DNA from: a virus
Lineage: Duplodnaviria > Caudoviricetes
Virus record (IMG/VR): IMGVR_UViG_3300005434_000009
Coordinates: 1-64,000 of that record
Reading direction: 5' to 3' (one strand)
Length of the DNA: 64,000 nt
Under the pieces are notes generated by a model that saw only the letters and a program-made list of their open reading frames with translations, was not told the DNA's origin and did not search any database. A program made the position numbers and the translations under genes. Shown one piece after another: positions 17,375 through 24,953 of this stretch; position 1 is the stretch's first letter, and each line of letters starts with the position of its first letter.

Positions 17375-17514
17375 CACGCGCTCCGTTCCTGCTCGGGATG
17401 GATGCGGTCCTTGTCGTCGTCCCGCCAGGGCAGCGAGATCAGCGGAACCAGGACGGTTTCGGAGACGATGGGGATGGACTGGATGAGGACGAGGTTGCGT
17501 CCGTCGCCGCTCAT
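17374..17514 (-). CDS. Small hypothetical protein (46 aa)
   Basis: Coupled at both ends. Confidence 0.45.
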   Translation of the reverse strand: MSGDGRNLVLIQSIPIVSETVLVPLISLPWRDDDKDRIHPEQERSA

Positions 17515-17948
17515 GCCGCGCCTTCCTCGGCGATGAGTTCGGCGAGCTCGGAGTCCACGTCGTAGCCGGCGTACTCCGCCCCACGGGGGCAGCGGTTATA
17601 CGACATGGCCAGGAAGGAACGGAGAACCTCGGCACTCATGGAGAACGTGGCCGTACCGGAGAGGCTTTCCAGATGCAGACCCACGCAGGTGGGGTTGGCG
17701 ACGGGGAACACCTGGTAGTCCGACAGGCCGGCGGGGAAGGTCATTCCGTCGGCCAAGGCGTCGCGGGACAGGACCCAGGTGACGGGCATGGTGTCGCGGG
17801 CGATGAACTCCATGGTGACCGCGAGGGGGTAGTTGGGGTCCCAGCGGAGACCCACTCGGACCGGGGTGCGGTCGGGAGTGCCGGGGTCGAGAGTGAAGAC
17901 GGCCCAGCAGAGGAGGGAGCCGTCGTTGAGGGTGTAGGTGGTCATCAC
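17511..17948 (-). CDS. ssgA: SsgA-like sporulation/cell-division protein (SALP)
   Basis: LRWDPNYPLAVTM, VTWVLSRDALADG, GLSDYQVFP, LRSFL..SY..CP.G.E, DVDSELAEL match SALP consensus. Confidence 0.85.
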   Translation of the reverse strand: MMTTYTLNDGSLLCWAVFTLDPGTPDRTPVRVGLRWDPNYPLAVTMEFIARDTMPVTWVLSRDALADGMTFPAGLSDYQVFPVANPTCVGLHLESLSGTATFSMSAEVLRSFLAMSYNRCPRGAEYAGYDVDSELAELIAEEGAA

Positions 17949-18442
17949 GACGCCGGCCTCCCCTCAGCGGCCGGCAGCTCCAGCACTCCGGAGGCGATGA
18001 GGTCGGAGAGTTTGGCCTGAATGAGGGCCTTGCCTTCCGGGGACGGGCTCACCACATAGCTGGCGGAGCCTTCCTGGCCTTCGATGCCGGGGATGATCTC
18101 CCCTTCCGCGTCGAAGGCGAAGCCGTGTTCCTTGCACTGCTTGCGCAGGTACTCCAGGAACGCCGGCCGGATGGTGGGGACCAGTTCCACCTCGTCGGGG
18201 CGGTTCTTGCGGCACCACTTCAGCAGGGCATCGGCGTCTGTGGTGACGGCCACGACGGAGCGTTCGTTGCGGCGAACCTTCCCGACCCGAGTTCCGTCTC
18301 CGAGCTGGGCGGTGATGTGCTCACCGGGCTCCAGGCCGGGCTCCACAACGTCACGGACAGCCTTGGCCAGCCTCGTGGCCTCTTCGACGAAGACCTTGGC
18401 CACGATGGCGCGGCCGGCGAGCTGCCTATCGGTCTCGTTCAC
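17945..18442 (-). CDS. Hypothetical protein, possibly Gam/Gp157-like
   Basis: D..LLKW...EV..TIRPAFL..L.K..DAEGEIIPGI pattern; upstream of recombination genes. Confidence 0.4.
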   Translation of the reverse strand: MNETDRQLAGRAIVAKVFVEEATRLAKAVRDVVEPGLEPGEHITAQLGDGTRVGKVRRNERSVVAVTTDADALLKWCRKNRPDEVELVPTIRPAFLEYLRKQCKEHGFAFDAEGEIIPGIEGQEGSASYVVSPSPEGKALIQAKLSDLIASGVLELPAAEGRPAS

Positions 18443-18621
18443 GAATCCTCCAGGTCGTCTGGCCACTCGATGCGGAAGATGAGGGAGTCCCAGTAGTGCT
18501 CGATGGACTTGACCCACTTGCTCAGCTCGTCCGGCCGGAGGTGCCGGATGTCGTACTCGAGGCAAACGCGGTCGCTGACCCGGTGGACGATGCGGACGAT
18601 GCCGCTGGTTCGGACGCTCAC
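18439..18621 (-). CDS. Hypothetical protein
   Basis: 60 aa, GTGA overlaps. Confidence 0.55.
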   Translation of the reverse strand: MSVRTSGIVRIVHRVSDRVCLEYDIRHLRPDELSKWVKSIEHYWDSLIFRIEWPDDLEDS

Positions 18622-18800
18622 GCCGCCCACCCCTTCAGTCCGCGACCTGACGTCCCCCAGGGGGCGAGGGCTTCGAGTTCGTCCCGGTAGTTCTGGCAGC
18701 CCTCAACAGCGCAGTGGGCGAGCGGGTGCTCCCCGGTGTCCGGGCAGAGGTCGTCGTCCGGTAGGGGTTCCCGGGGGATGGAGTAGACGGAGGAGGTCAT
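18618..18800 (-). CDS. Hypothetical protein
   Basis: 60 aa, coupled. Confidence 0.5.
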   Translation of the reverse strand: MTSSVYSIPREPLPDDDLCPDTGEHPLAHCAVEGCQNYRDELEALAPWGTSGRGLKGWAA

Positions 18801-19654
18801 GAGGCCGCCGCCGTGGTCGAGACAGGTCGTCCGGCGATGTCCACCTCGCGGACCACGAACGCACGGTTGGTCTTACATTTCGCCGTGCCGGAGTCGGTCA
18901 GAGGCCGGAGGTCGGACAGCTTGATCGTGCACTCCAGGAACCGGGTGGCCGCGTAGTCGTAGGACGACGCCTGAGCGGGGCTGGGCGAGAAGTGCAGGCC
19001 GTTGCCGCACTCGTTGGTGTCGCGCCAGTCATCACAAGTGACCTCGGTGCCGACCGTGTAGAGGGCGCCGTGGGCGGAGCGGTAGTCGTCCCGGACGGCC
19101 TTGAACACGGTGACGGTGTCTTCGTTAGGGAGTTGCGCCCCGTGGTAGTCGGCCCAGGTGGCGGGGGCTGACTGGTCGACAGCGGTGTGGTCGATGAGGA
19201 CCCCGCCTTCGATACAGGCGCGGCCGGAGTGCAGGTGCACTGCGGTGTGCGATGAGGCCCTCACCGTGCTGGAGCCGTAGGCCCTCACCGTGCTGGAGTC
19301 GCAGGCCGTCACCGTGCTGGAGCCGCAGGCCGTCACCGTGCTGGAGTCGTAGGCCCTCACCGTGCTGGAGCCGCAGGCCGTCACCGTGCTGGAGCCGTAG
19401 GCCGTCACCGTGCTGGAGCCGTAGGCCGTCACCGTGCTGGAGTCGTAGGCCGTCACCGTGCTGGAGTCGTAGGCCGTCACCGTGCTGGAGCCGCAGGCCC
19501 TCACCGTGCTGGAGTCGTAGGCCGTCACCGTGCTGGAGTCGCAGGCCGTCACCTCGATCCATACCCCCTGCGGGGAACGGATCTCGATCCAACCGACCTT
19601 GTCGGCGATCGCCTTGTTCAGTTCAACCTGGTTCTTGACGATGCGCTCGCTCAT
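18797..19654 (-). CDS. Octapeptide-repeat (beta-solenoid-like) protein with DUF7666-like C-terminus
   Basis: 12 x V(T/R)A(Y/C)(D/G)SST; C-terminal FKAV...Y.VG..V...ECGNGLHFS. Confidence 0.7.
   Translation of the reverse strand: MSERIVKNQVELNKAIADKVGWIEIRSPQGVWIEVTACDSSTVTAYDSSTVRACGSSTVTAYDSSTVTAYDSSTVTAYGSSTVTAYGSSTVTACGSSTVRAYDSSTVTACGSSTVTACDSSTVRAYGSSTVRASSHTAVHLHSGRACIEGGVLIDHTAVDQSAPATWADYHGAQLPNEDTVTVFKAVRDDYRSAHGALYTVGTEVTCDDWRDTNECGNGLHFSPSPAQASSYDYAATRFLECTIKLSDLRPLTDSGTAKCKTNRAFVVREVDIAGRPVSTTAAAS
19256..19552. repeat. 24-bp tandem repeat, 12 full units plus one partial
   Basis: caccgtgctggag(t/c)cg(t/c)aggcc(g/c)t units, contiguous, in frame. Confidence 0.95.
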
Positions 19655-20217
19655 GCCGCCACCTGCTCTCGGGTCGTAACGGGAAGGGGCTGGACGGTGA
19701 CGGGGGTGAATCGGCCGAACTTCTCGGCGTAGTCCACGAGCTCGAGCACATGGTCGCGGCAGGCGCATTCGCGGCGGGCGGCGTGTCCCCGGGACTCGAA
19801 CTCCACGACATACGCCACCGCCTGGTCACACCCGGGGAGACCCTCACAGCGGGTGGAGGCGAGGTGGGACAGCTCGTCGTCGTGCCGGAACTCGGCCGGC
19901 AGGTGCAGGGTCACGTCGTAGACGCGGCGGGCGTACAGGCCCAGATCCAACAGGTCCCGGATGACCCGATCCGCACACCAACGGCCGCACACGTCGGTGA
20001 AGAACACCGACCCGCCCTCCGTCTTGCGGTAGGTGACACGCCACTGGGCGGGAACGTCCTCGGCGTCGCACTCCCCGCAGGCTCCGACGGTGTAGGCGTC
20101 CAGGTCGACCAGGACGGTGACCCGGGAGTCACGGGCGACCGGAGGGAGGTCGTCGGTGAAGGGGGTGGCGTTCGACAGGTCGCGGGCCGGGGCAAGTTGT
20201 GGGAACATGGTGGTCAC
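19651..20217 (-). CDS. Cys-rich hypothetical protein, paralog of 24471..24953
   Basis: AGGAG RBS before GTG; shares W.V.Y..F..VCG..CA..IR.LL..G.Y..LHLP motif. Confidence 0.65.
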   Translation of the reverse strand: MTTMFPQLAPARDLSNATPFTDDLPPVARDSRVTVLVDLDAYTVGACGECDAEDVPAQWRVTYRKTEGGSVFFTDVCGRWCADRVIRDLLDLGLYARRVYDVTLHLPAEFRHDDELSHLASTRCEGLPGCDQAVAYVVEFESRGHAARRECACRDHVLELVDYAEKFGRFTPVTVQPLPVTTREQVAA

Positions 20218-20250
20218 AGCGATTCTCTCCTGAGTTTCCGTTGTCACGAG

Positions 20251-20281
20251 AGCCCACTTCTGCTTGCCGGCGCGGTGGGCT
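20251..20281 (-). promoter_or_regulatory. Leader hairpin with CGGCAA loop
   Basis: AGCCCAC/GTGGGCT stem upstream of RBS of the 20217 gene. Confidence 0.45.
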
Positions 20282-20303
20282 TTCGTGCTGTCTGGGGTCG
20301 AGC

Positions 20304-20385
20304 TGTTACGTGTAACCCTAGACCCGAACGGGCGTTGTGCGCAACCCCTGTTCCGTGTAACGTCACTTGTGTTGTTACGTGTATC
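20304..20385. promoter_or_regulatory. Three palindromic operator-like sites (TGTTAC-GT-GTAAC)
   Basis: tgttacgtgtaac 20304, tgttccgtgtaac 20349, tgttacgtgtatc 20373, in the divergent intergenic region before an RHH gene. Confidence 0.65.
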
Positions 20386-20422
20386 CACCCCATCTGACCA
20401 GGGCCTACGTTGTGGAGGTGTG

Positions 20423-20677
20423 ATGGAGCTAGTTACAGTGCTTCCCGTGTCCGGGAGCCGTCGCGTGATCCCCCCGCGCTCGGCGCAGATTGAGGACGAG
20501 GTCTGGTTTCCCGCGCTGCGCATCGCATTCCTGCGCCGCGAGAAGATGTCGCAGGTCATCAGAGCGGCCGTGGTGCGATACGTCGGCAGGCACAAGGGGC
20601 TGCTGGATGCTGATCCCGAGTGGCCAGACGCGGCCATGGAGGAGTACCGCCGAAACGGCAGATGGTCAAGGCGCTGA
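20423..20677 (+). CDS. Ribbon-helix-helix (CopG/Arc-like) regulator
   Basis: PPRSAQIEDEVW..A.......MSQVIRAAVVRYV; GGAGG RBS. Confidence 0.75.
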   Translation: MELVTVLPVSGSRRVIPPRSAQIEDEVWFPALRIAFLRREKMSQVIRAAVVRYVGRHKGLLDADPEWPDAAMEEYRRNGRWSRR

Positions 20678-20680
20678 TCA

Positions 20681-21025
20681 GTGGCTGCTACTCGAGAGAG
20701 ATCGGTCAAGGTCAGACTGCGCAACCAGTCGCATGTGCTGTACCGCATGTACGGCCCGGATCGTCGGCTGCTGTACATCGGGCTGACCACGAACCTTGAG
20801 GACCGCCTGGCCGACCACCGCAGCATGAAGCGGTGGTGGCGGGAGGTTGCGACGATCGAGCTGGAGCACTTCTCCACCCGCCCTGAAGCGGTGGAGGCCG
20901 AGCGCCGGGCCATCATCGACGAGGTGCCCGAGTACAACGTGACGAACGGGTACGCGCCGGCCGTTTCGCTGCATCCGAAGCCGGCGCGGCGCCGGCGGCC
21001 CAGCTCGGTTGAGGCAGGCGAGTAG
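20681..21025 (+). CDS. GIY-YIG endonuclease domain protein
   Basis: VLYRMY..DRRLLYIGLT..L.DRLADH..W, EAVEAERRAI..E.PEYN. Confidence 0.85.
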   Translation: MAATRERSVKVRLRNQSHVLYRMYGPDRRLLYIGLTTNLEDRLADHRSMKRWWREVATIELEHFSTRPEAVEAERRAIIDEVPEYNVTNGYAPAVSLHPKPARRRRPSSVEAGE

Positions 21026-21026
21026 C

Positions 21027-21308
21027 TCACGCGGCCACCTGCCCGGCGATCAGATCCTGACCGGTTCGGTTCGCCCACCGACACCGCCAGCAGGCTTCCT
21101 CTCCGTTGCGGAGGTGCCGTTTGTACGCCGCTCGCGTACCGCAGGGCTTCAAGACTCGCGCGACTCCCGCTCGCCGCTTCCAGTCCTGCCACGCCAGTCG
21201 GTGAGCGTCCAGGCAGTCAAGGCACGGGTACTCGCTGGCGGCGAGGTGCAGCCGGTAACCATGATCACGGCCGCACTGCTTCCGGGTAGTCGGGGGCAGC
21301 TTCCGCAT
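21027..21308 (-). CDS. Tandem Zn-finger protein (CGT..Y.RH..GE..C..C type)
   Basis: Two copies: CGRDHGYRLHL..C..C and CGTRAAYKRHLRNGEEACWRC. Confidence 0.65.
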   Translation of the reverse strand: MRKLPPTTRKQCGRDHGYRLHLAASEYPCLDCLDAHRLAWQDWKRRAGVARVLKPCGTRAAYKRHLRNGEEACWRCRWANRTGQDLIAGQVAA

Positions 21309-21601
21309 CACGCCACCCGGCCTTCCCGGATGCGGCGACGCTGCTGCTCCCCCAACCCGCCACGCACACCCCACAGGTCACCGGTCGAGTCCGCGTCTTC
21401 GAGGCATTCGTCCCGGACCGGGCACCGGCGACAGATACGCACAGCGGGGAGCGCGGACTCACCCTTCTCCGGGAAGAAAATGGCGGGATCAACCTCACGG
21501 CAGGCCGCGTACTCCACCCACGGCCGGTCGCAGTCGAGCCCGAGTAGGCGTTGCAGTTGGCCGGGTGTGGCTTTCGGCCACCAGGTGCGGACAGCCATCA
21601 C
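21308..21601 (-). CDS. whiB: WhiB family Fe-S transcription factor
   Basis: AAC..DP.IFFP..C..CPVRDECL..GVRGG (4 Cys plus GVxGG turn). Confidence 0.92.
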   Translation of the reverse strand: MMAVRTWWPKATPGQLQRLLGLDCDRPWVEYAACREVDPAIFFPEKGESALPAVRICRRCPVRDECLEDADSTGDLWGVRGGLGEQQRRRIREGRVA

Positions 21602-21990
21602 GCCACCATCCGCAGCAGCAGGTCGGAGAACGGGTGCGACAACGGGGCCTCACCGGCCGGCCGGGTCGCCAACTCGGTGTTGGCCTGGACCAACGCCCGG
21701 TACACCCGTTCCAATTCGGCCCGCAGGTGGTCGTTTTCCGCTCTCAGCCCGGTTACGTCGGATCGGCCGGGGATGAGGATCCCGGTTTCGAATCCGCGTC
21801 GTACCGCGTGCGCGGCTGTTCTTGCCCCCATCCGGTCGTAGGCCCGTTTCAGGTGGGACACCACTGACGGCAGGGTGAGCTCTAGTTCTTGGGCGGCGTG
21901 TTGGTAGGTGGCGCCGTGGGAGATGAGGTCCAGGATTTGTTCTTGGCGGTCGTGGGACCGGGCGAGACGGGCGGAACGCTTGTCGGTCAC
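21598..21990 (-). CDS. LuxR-type HTH regulator with coiled-coil tail
   Basis: QEQILDLISHG.T...AAQEL.L...SV.SHL..AY.RMGAR..AHAV. Confidence 0.8.
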   Translation of the reverse strand: MTDKRSARLARSHDRQEQILDLISHGATYQHAAQELELTLPSVVSHLKRAYDRMGARTAAHAVRRGFETGILIPGRSDVTGLRAENDHLRAELERVYRALVQANTELATRPAGEAPLSHPFSDLLLRMVA

Positions 21991-22202
21991 TTCGCTTCCC
22001 CCAGGATTCGACGGGCCTCAGCCCACAGCGGGGTCATGTCGCCGGCGTGGTCGTCCTCGATGGCGTCCACTAGCTGCTTCAGCACCTCGCGGGTCGACTC
22101 GTCCCTCCGCTGTTCGTCCGGCTGGTCGTCGGTGGTGACAGTCACCAACAGTGCGAGGACGCCGTACGCCAACAGGGCAAGAAACAACGGTTCGTTCAGC
22201 AC
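21987..22202 (-). CDS. Small membrane protein
   Basis: MLNEPLFLALLAYGVLALLV. Confidence 0.5.
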   Translation of the reverse strand: MLNEPLFLALLAYGVLALLVTVTTDDQPDEQRRDESTREVLKQLVDAIEDDHAGDMTPLWAEARRILGEAK

Positions 22203-22312
22203 GGCCACTCCCTGTCCTCCACCCACCCGGTCTCCCACCCTTTGATGAGGGAGGCGAAACCGATGCAGTCGACGGCCAGGACGGCGACACAGACGAGGAC
22301 CACGGCGATCAC
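22196..22312 (-). CDS. Small membrane protein (38 aa)
   Basis: MIAVVLVCVAVLAVDCIGFASL; GTGA overlap with MTase stop. Confidence 0.45.
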   Translation of the reverse strand: MIAVVLVCVAVLAVDCIGFASLIKGWETGWVEDREWPC

Positions 22313-23426
22313 GCGGCCACCGCCTCGGTTGAAACCAGACGGGGCAGGAGAAGCCGTAGGGCGGCCTCCGCCTGTTGCGGGATGACGCCGTTACCCAGAA
22401 GCTTCAGCTGCTGGTTACGGGTCAGTCCGGGGACGTCGCACACCCAGCCTTCGGGGAGGCCCATGAGCCATTCCACGAACGGTGCGGCCAACTGCCGGCC
22501 ACCACGCAGGCCTAGAACAGTCGGGGCGGGTGCGGGCCGTCCGAGGAGGGCTTCCCATCGTCGGATGGCGGGTTCGTATCCGGCCCAGTCCAGAACACGT
22601 CCGTCAACGTCTGGCCGGCGTGGTGGGCACTGTCCGGGTTCGACCGGCCCGAGGTGGCGTTCCTGGTCCCCCGCGAGTCCGCGACCGTCGGCGTCGGCAG
22701 GAGCATCACGGCGTTCGGTAGCTGGTTGTTCCTGCACGGGTCGTCGCTGACCGATCCGTCGGACAGCACCCGGTTCTTCCTCGCCGACGGGCCTTTGTGA
22801 TCCCTGCTCGTCGGGGTGGGAAGCAACGCGATCGCGTCGTCCAGATTCCGTTTGCCTTGGATGAACATCCGCCGGAACGCCGTCTTCGTCGACATCGACC
22901 TGCTCGCTGAGTCTACGTCCCTGGCCTGAGGCGTCGGCAGCAGTGATGAAGATCCGCTCCCGGCGGTGGGGGGCTCCAACGGCGGAAGCTCGTAGGCTTC
23001 CCCAGCACGCGTCATACCCGATTTGGGCCAGGTCGCCGACGGCTCGGGCAAGCTCCCCAGCGCCAGCGATAGCGCTGACGTTCTCCAGGACGACGAGTCG
23101 TGGTCGTAGCGTGCGAATGGCTCCGGCAACTGCCGGCCAGATGGCCCGCTCATCCTCTGCGCCCTTCCTCTTCCCTGCCTGCGACCAGGGCTGGCAGGGC
23201 CAGCCGGCGGTGATGACTTCGACCGGTTCGGCCCGTGCCCAGTCCATGGCGATCAGGTCGTGGTGGTTCGGGATGCCAGGGTGGTTGTGGGCGAGCAGTG
23301 TTGAGGCTCCAGCGTCGATGTCGCACACCCACGCCAACTCGCCACCCAGCACGGCCTGCACGGCCATATCAAGGCCGCCGTTCAATAGCCTGAGCACAGG
23401 GAACCGATTCGGAGCTGCTCAGACAT
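22309..23426 (-). pseudogene. C5 cytosine DNA methyltransferase, disrupted at motif I
   Basis: Motifs IV (AGWPCQ), VI (LENV), VIII (HRRERIF), IX (FVEWLMG), X (LGNGV) intact; ATG 23426 reads MSEQLRIGSLCSGY then a 5-nt insertion creates TGA and shifts GGLDMAV out of frame. Confidence 0.85.
22512..23153 (-). CDS. Alternative-frame ORF nested in the MTase gene (M.EcoHK31I beta-like, LLPTP repeats)
   Basis: 213-aa open frame with SD-like AGGAAGG; SATWPKSGM..GEAY motif; three LLPTPxxxD repeats. Confidence 0.6.
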   Translation of the reverse strand: MSGPSGRQLPEPFARYDHDSSSWRTSALSLALGSLPEPSATWPKSGMTRAGEAYELPPLEPPTAGSGSSSLLPTPQARDVDSASRSMSTKTAFRRMFIQGKRNLDDAIALLPTPTSRDHKGPSARKNRVLSDGSVSDDPCRNNQLPNAVMLLPTPTVADSRGTRNATSGRSNPDSAHHAGQTLTDVFWTGPDTNPPSDDGKPSSDGPHPPRLF

Positions 23427-23997
23427 AGGACATCACCCCCCGTGGTGGCGAGGTGCGCTCGCCGGTCAGCCTGCGACGTGCGGCGTCGTAGGTGCGATGG
23501 CACGGGACGCACATACGCTCGTAATCAGCGACGTTGTCGTATCGCCCGGTCAGATTGGCCCACTCATAGCGGACATCGGGGGCGCCAGTCCCGCACTGCT
23601 CGCAACGGGACGGTTTGCCCCGAGCGGCGGCGACGCGCAAGTGCAGAGCGGTGTAGCTGGCACCTGACCCGCGCCAGCTGCCGTTACGCTCGCCGGTCTG
23701 GTCGCGCGGTACCGCTGGCCTTCGTTCAGCGATGAACCGCTCAACCAGCGCTTGCGCCTTATACCCGGACCCGATCACGGTGTCGATCTCGCGGATGGTT
23801 GCGCCGTCGGCGTACATCTGCCGAACAGCCTCAACAAGATCCGGCGGATAGTCCCGTTTCGGTCGACCAGGCGAGGGGCGTTCGCGTTCCCGCAAGCGCG
23901 CTCGACACACGGGCGAGCAGGAGCGGGCGGTGAGGGACTTTGTCGTCCACCGAGATCCGCAGTAATCGCAGGTCTTCTCCCGCAGCGAGGATGGCAT
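23419..23997 (-). CDS. HNH/His-Me finger homing endonuclease-like protein
   Basis: CxxC..CS..C, HTH-like middle, G.RN.SW.G..SY..LH.RV..RGKP..CEQC..WAN..Y..MC..CH. Confidence 0.75.
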   Translation of the reverse strand: MPSSLREKTCDYCGSRWTTKSLTARSCSPVCRARLRERERPSPGRPKRDYPPDLVEAVRQMYADGATIREIDTVIGSGYKAQALVERFIAERRPAVPRDQTGERNGSWRGSGASYTALHLRVAAARGKPSRCEQCGTGAPDVRYEWANLTGRYDNVADYERMCVPCHRTYDAARRRLTGERTSPPRGVMSYV

Positions 23998-24038
23998 CAG
24001 AGTCCGCCGTAACCGGTGCAGAGACTCCCGATCTTCAC
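23997..24038 (-). pseudogene. Original 5' end of the MTase (13-codon stub MKIGSLCTGYGGL*)
   Basis: GTGA overlap with upstream gene, complete motif I, TGATG overlap into HNH gene. Confidence 0.85.
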
Positions 24039-24289
24039 CGGAAACACGCCCCCGTCATCACTGCCGGCCCGTACACGGGCACATCAGCGGACACGAACGC
24101 CACCTGACCGAGCTCAGTCGGGTCCGGGGGTGCGACGGTGACCCCGAGAGAGCACACGACGGCGAGGAGGATGACGAACCCGGCGAGGGCGAGGCGGGTT
24201 TTCACGCACGGCCAGGCGTCTTCGACGTGGTCGATGACCCGCTGGTGGCGGTGAGGGCGTGGTTTGCGGTGCTTCCCGACGTAGGACAT
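24035..24289 (-). CDS. Membrane protein
   Basis: GKHR basic N-terminus, TM LALAGFVILLAVVCSLGV. Confidence 0.6.
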   Translation of the reverse strand: MSYVGKHRKPRPHRHQRVIDHVEDAWPCVKTRLALAGFVILLAVVCSLGVTVAPPDPTELGQVAFVSADVPVYGPAVMTGACFR

Positions 24290-24474
24290 CAGGCGGCCCT
24301 CCGCTCGGCCTGAACCTCAGCCAGCGCCTGGCCGCGAGCCTGAGACAGGCCGTCAGGCACAGGCCGAGCCGGCCTGCCGCCGACGAGGCATGTGTCGCAC
24401 AGCTCGAGGTTGGCGAACGCCTGACGGCCGCAGCGGTCGCATGGTCCGGGAACGGATAGGCAGCGGAAGATCAT
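24289..24474 (-). CDS. Small Zn-finger protein
   Basis: CDRC..CDTC. Confidence 0.5.
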   Translation of the reverse strand: MIFRCLSVPGPCDRCGRQAFANLELCDTCLVGGRPARPVPDGLSQARGQALAEVQAERRAA

Positions 24475-24953
24475 GACGCCACCGCCAGCTGCTCGATCCT
24501 GTTCAGCCCGAGCTGGGCGAGATGGGCACGGATCTCGTTGCGGGTCTTCTCGAACCGGGGGTCACCCGCCGGGTTCGGCAGAGACTCGACCAGGCGCAGA
24601 CACCGCTGGATGCCGGCGAACAACGGGTCATCCCCCGAGGCGGGGGTTCGGGCCCAGTCGGTGGGCAGGTGCAGCCCTAGGCGGTACACCCCCCACTCGA
24701 GGAGTTCCCGCAGCTCCGTCTGTGCGCACGCCGCACCGCAGATGTTCTCGAAGTGCACCGGGTGGTCCGGGGAGAACTGGTAGGAGATCTGCCACCGCCC
24801 CATCGGGGCGACGTCCTCCCCCGCCCCCAGGATGTGGACGGAGCACTGGTCGAGTTCGACGTCGGCGTTGGCCTGGACGTCCACCTCAGGTAGGGAAGCG
24901 GCCGGGGGGAGTTCGTCGGCGCGACCTAACGCGGCCACCTGCTGCGCGGTCAT
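24471..24953 (-). CDS. Hypothetical protein, paralog of 19651..20217
   Basis: WQISY..F.NICG..CA..ELRELLEWGVY..LHLP. Confidence 0.65.
   Translation of the reverse strand: MTAQQVAALGRADELPPAASLPEVDVQANADVELDQCSVHILGAGEDVAPMGRWQISYQFSPDHPVHFENICGAACAQTELRELLEWGVYRLGLHLPTDWARTPASGDDPLFAGIQRCLRLVESLPNPAGDPRFEKTRNEIRAHLAQLGLNRIEQLAVAS

Noticed and set aside
19256-19552. CRISPR array or DGR variable region
   Set aside because: Units are contiguous with no spacers and in frame in a CDS; no cas genes or reverse transcriptase in the window
21780-21800. tRNA T-loop-like GTTTCGAATCC
   Set aside because: Lies within the LuxR CDS with no cloverleaf; no tRNA or rRNA genes were seen anywhere
23380-24010. 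Self-splicing group I/II intron around the HNH gene
   Set aside because: Ends (GGCGG...AAC) are only loosely intron-like and the ORF fills nearly all 630 bp, leaving no room for a ribozyme core
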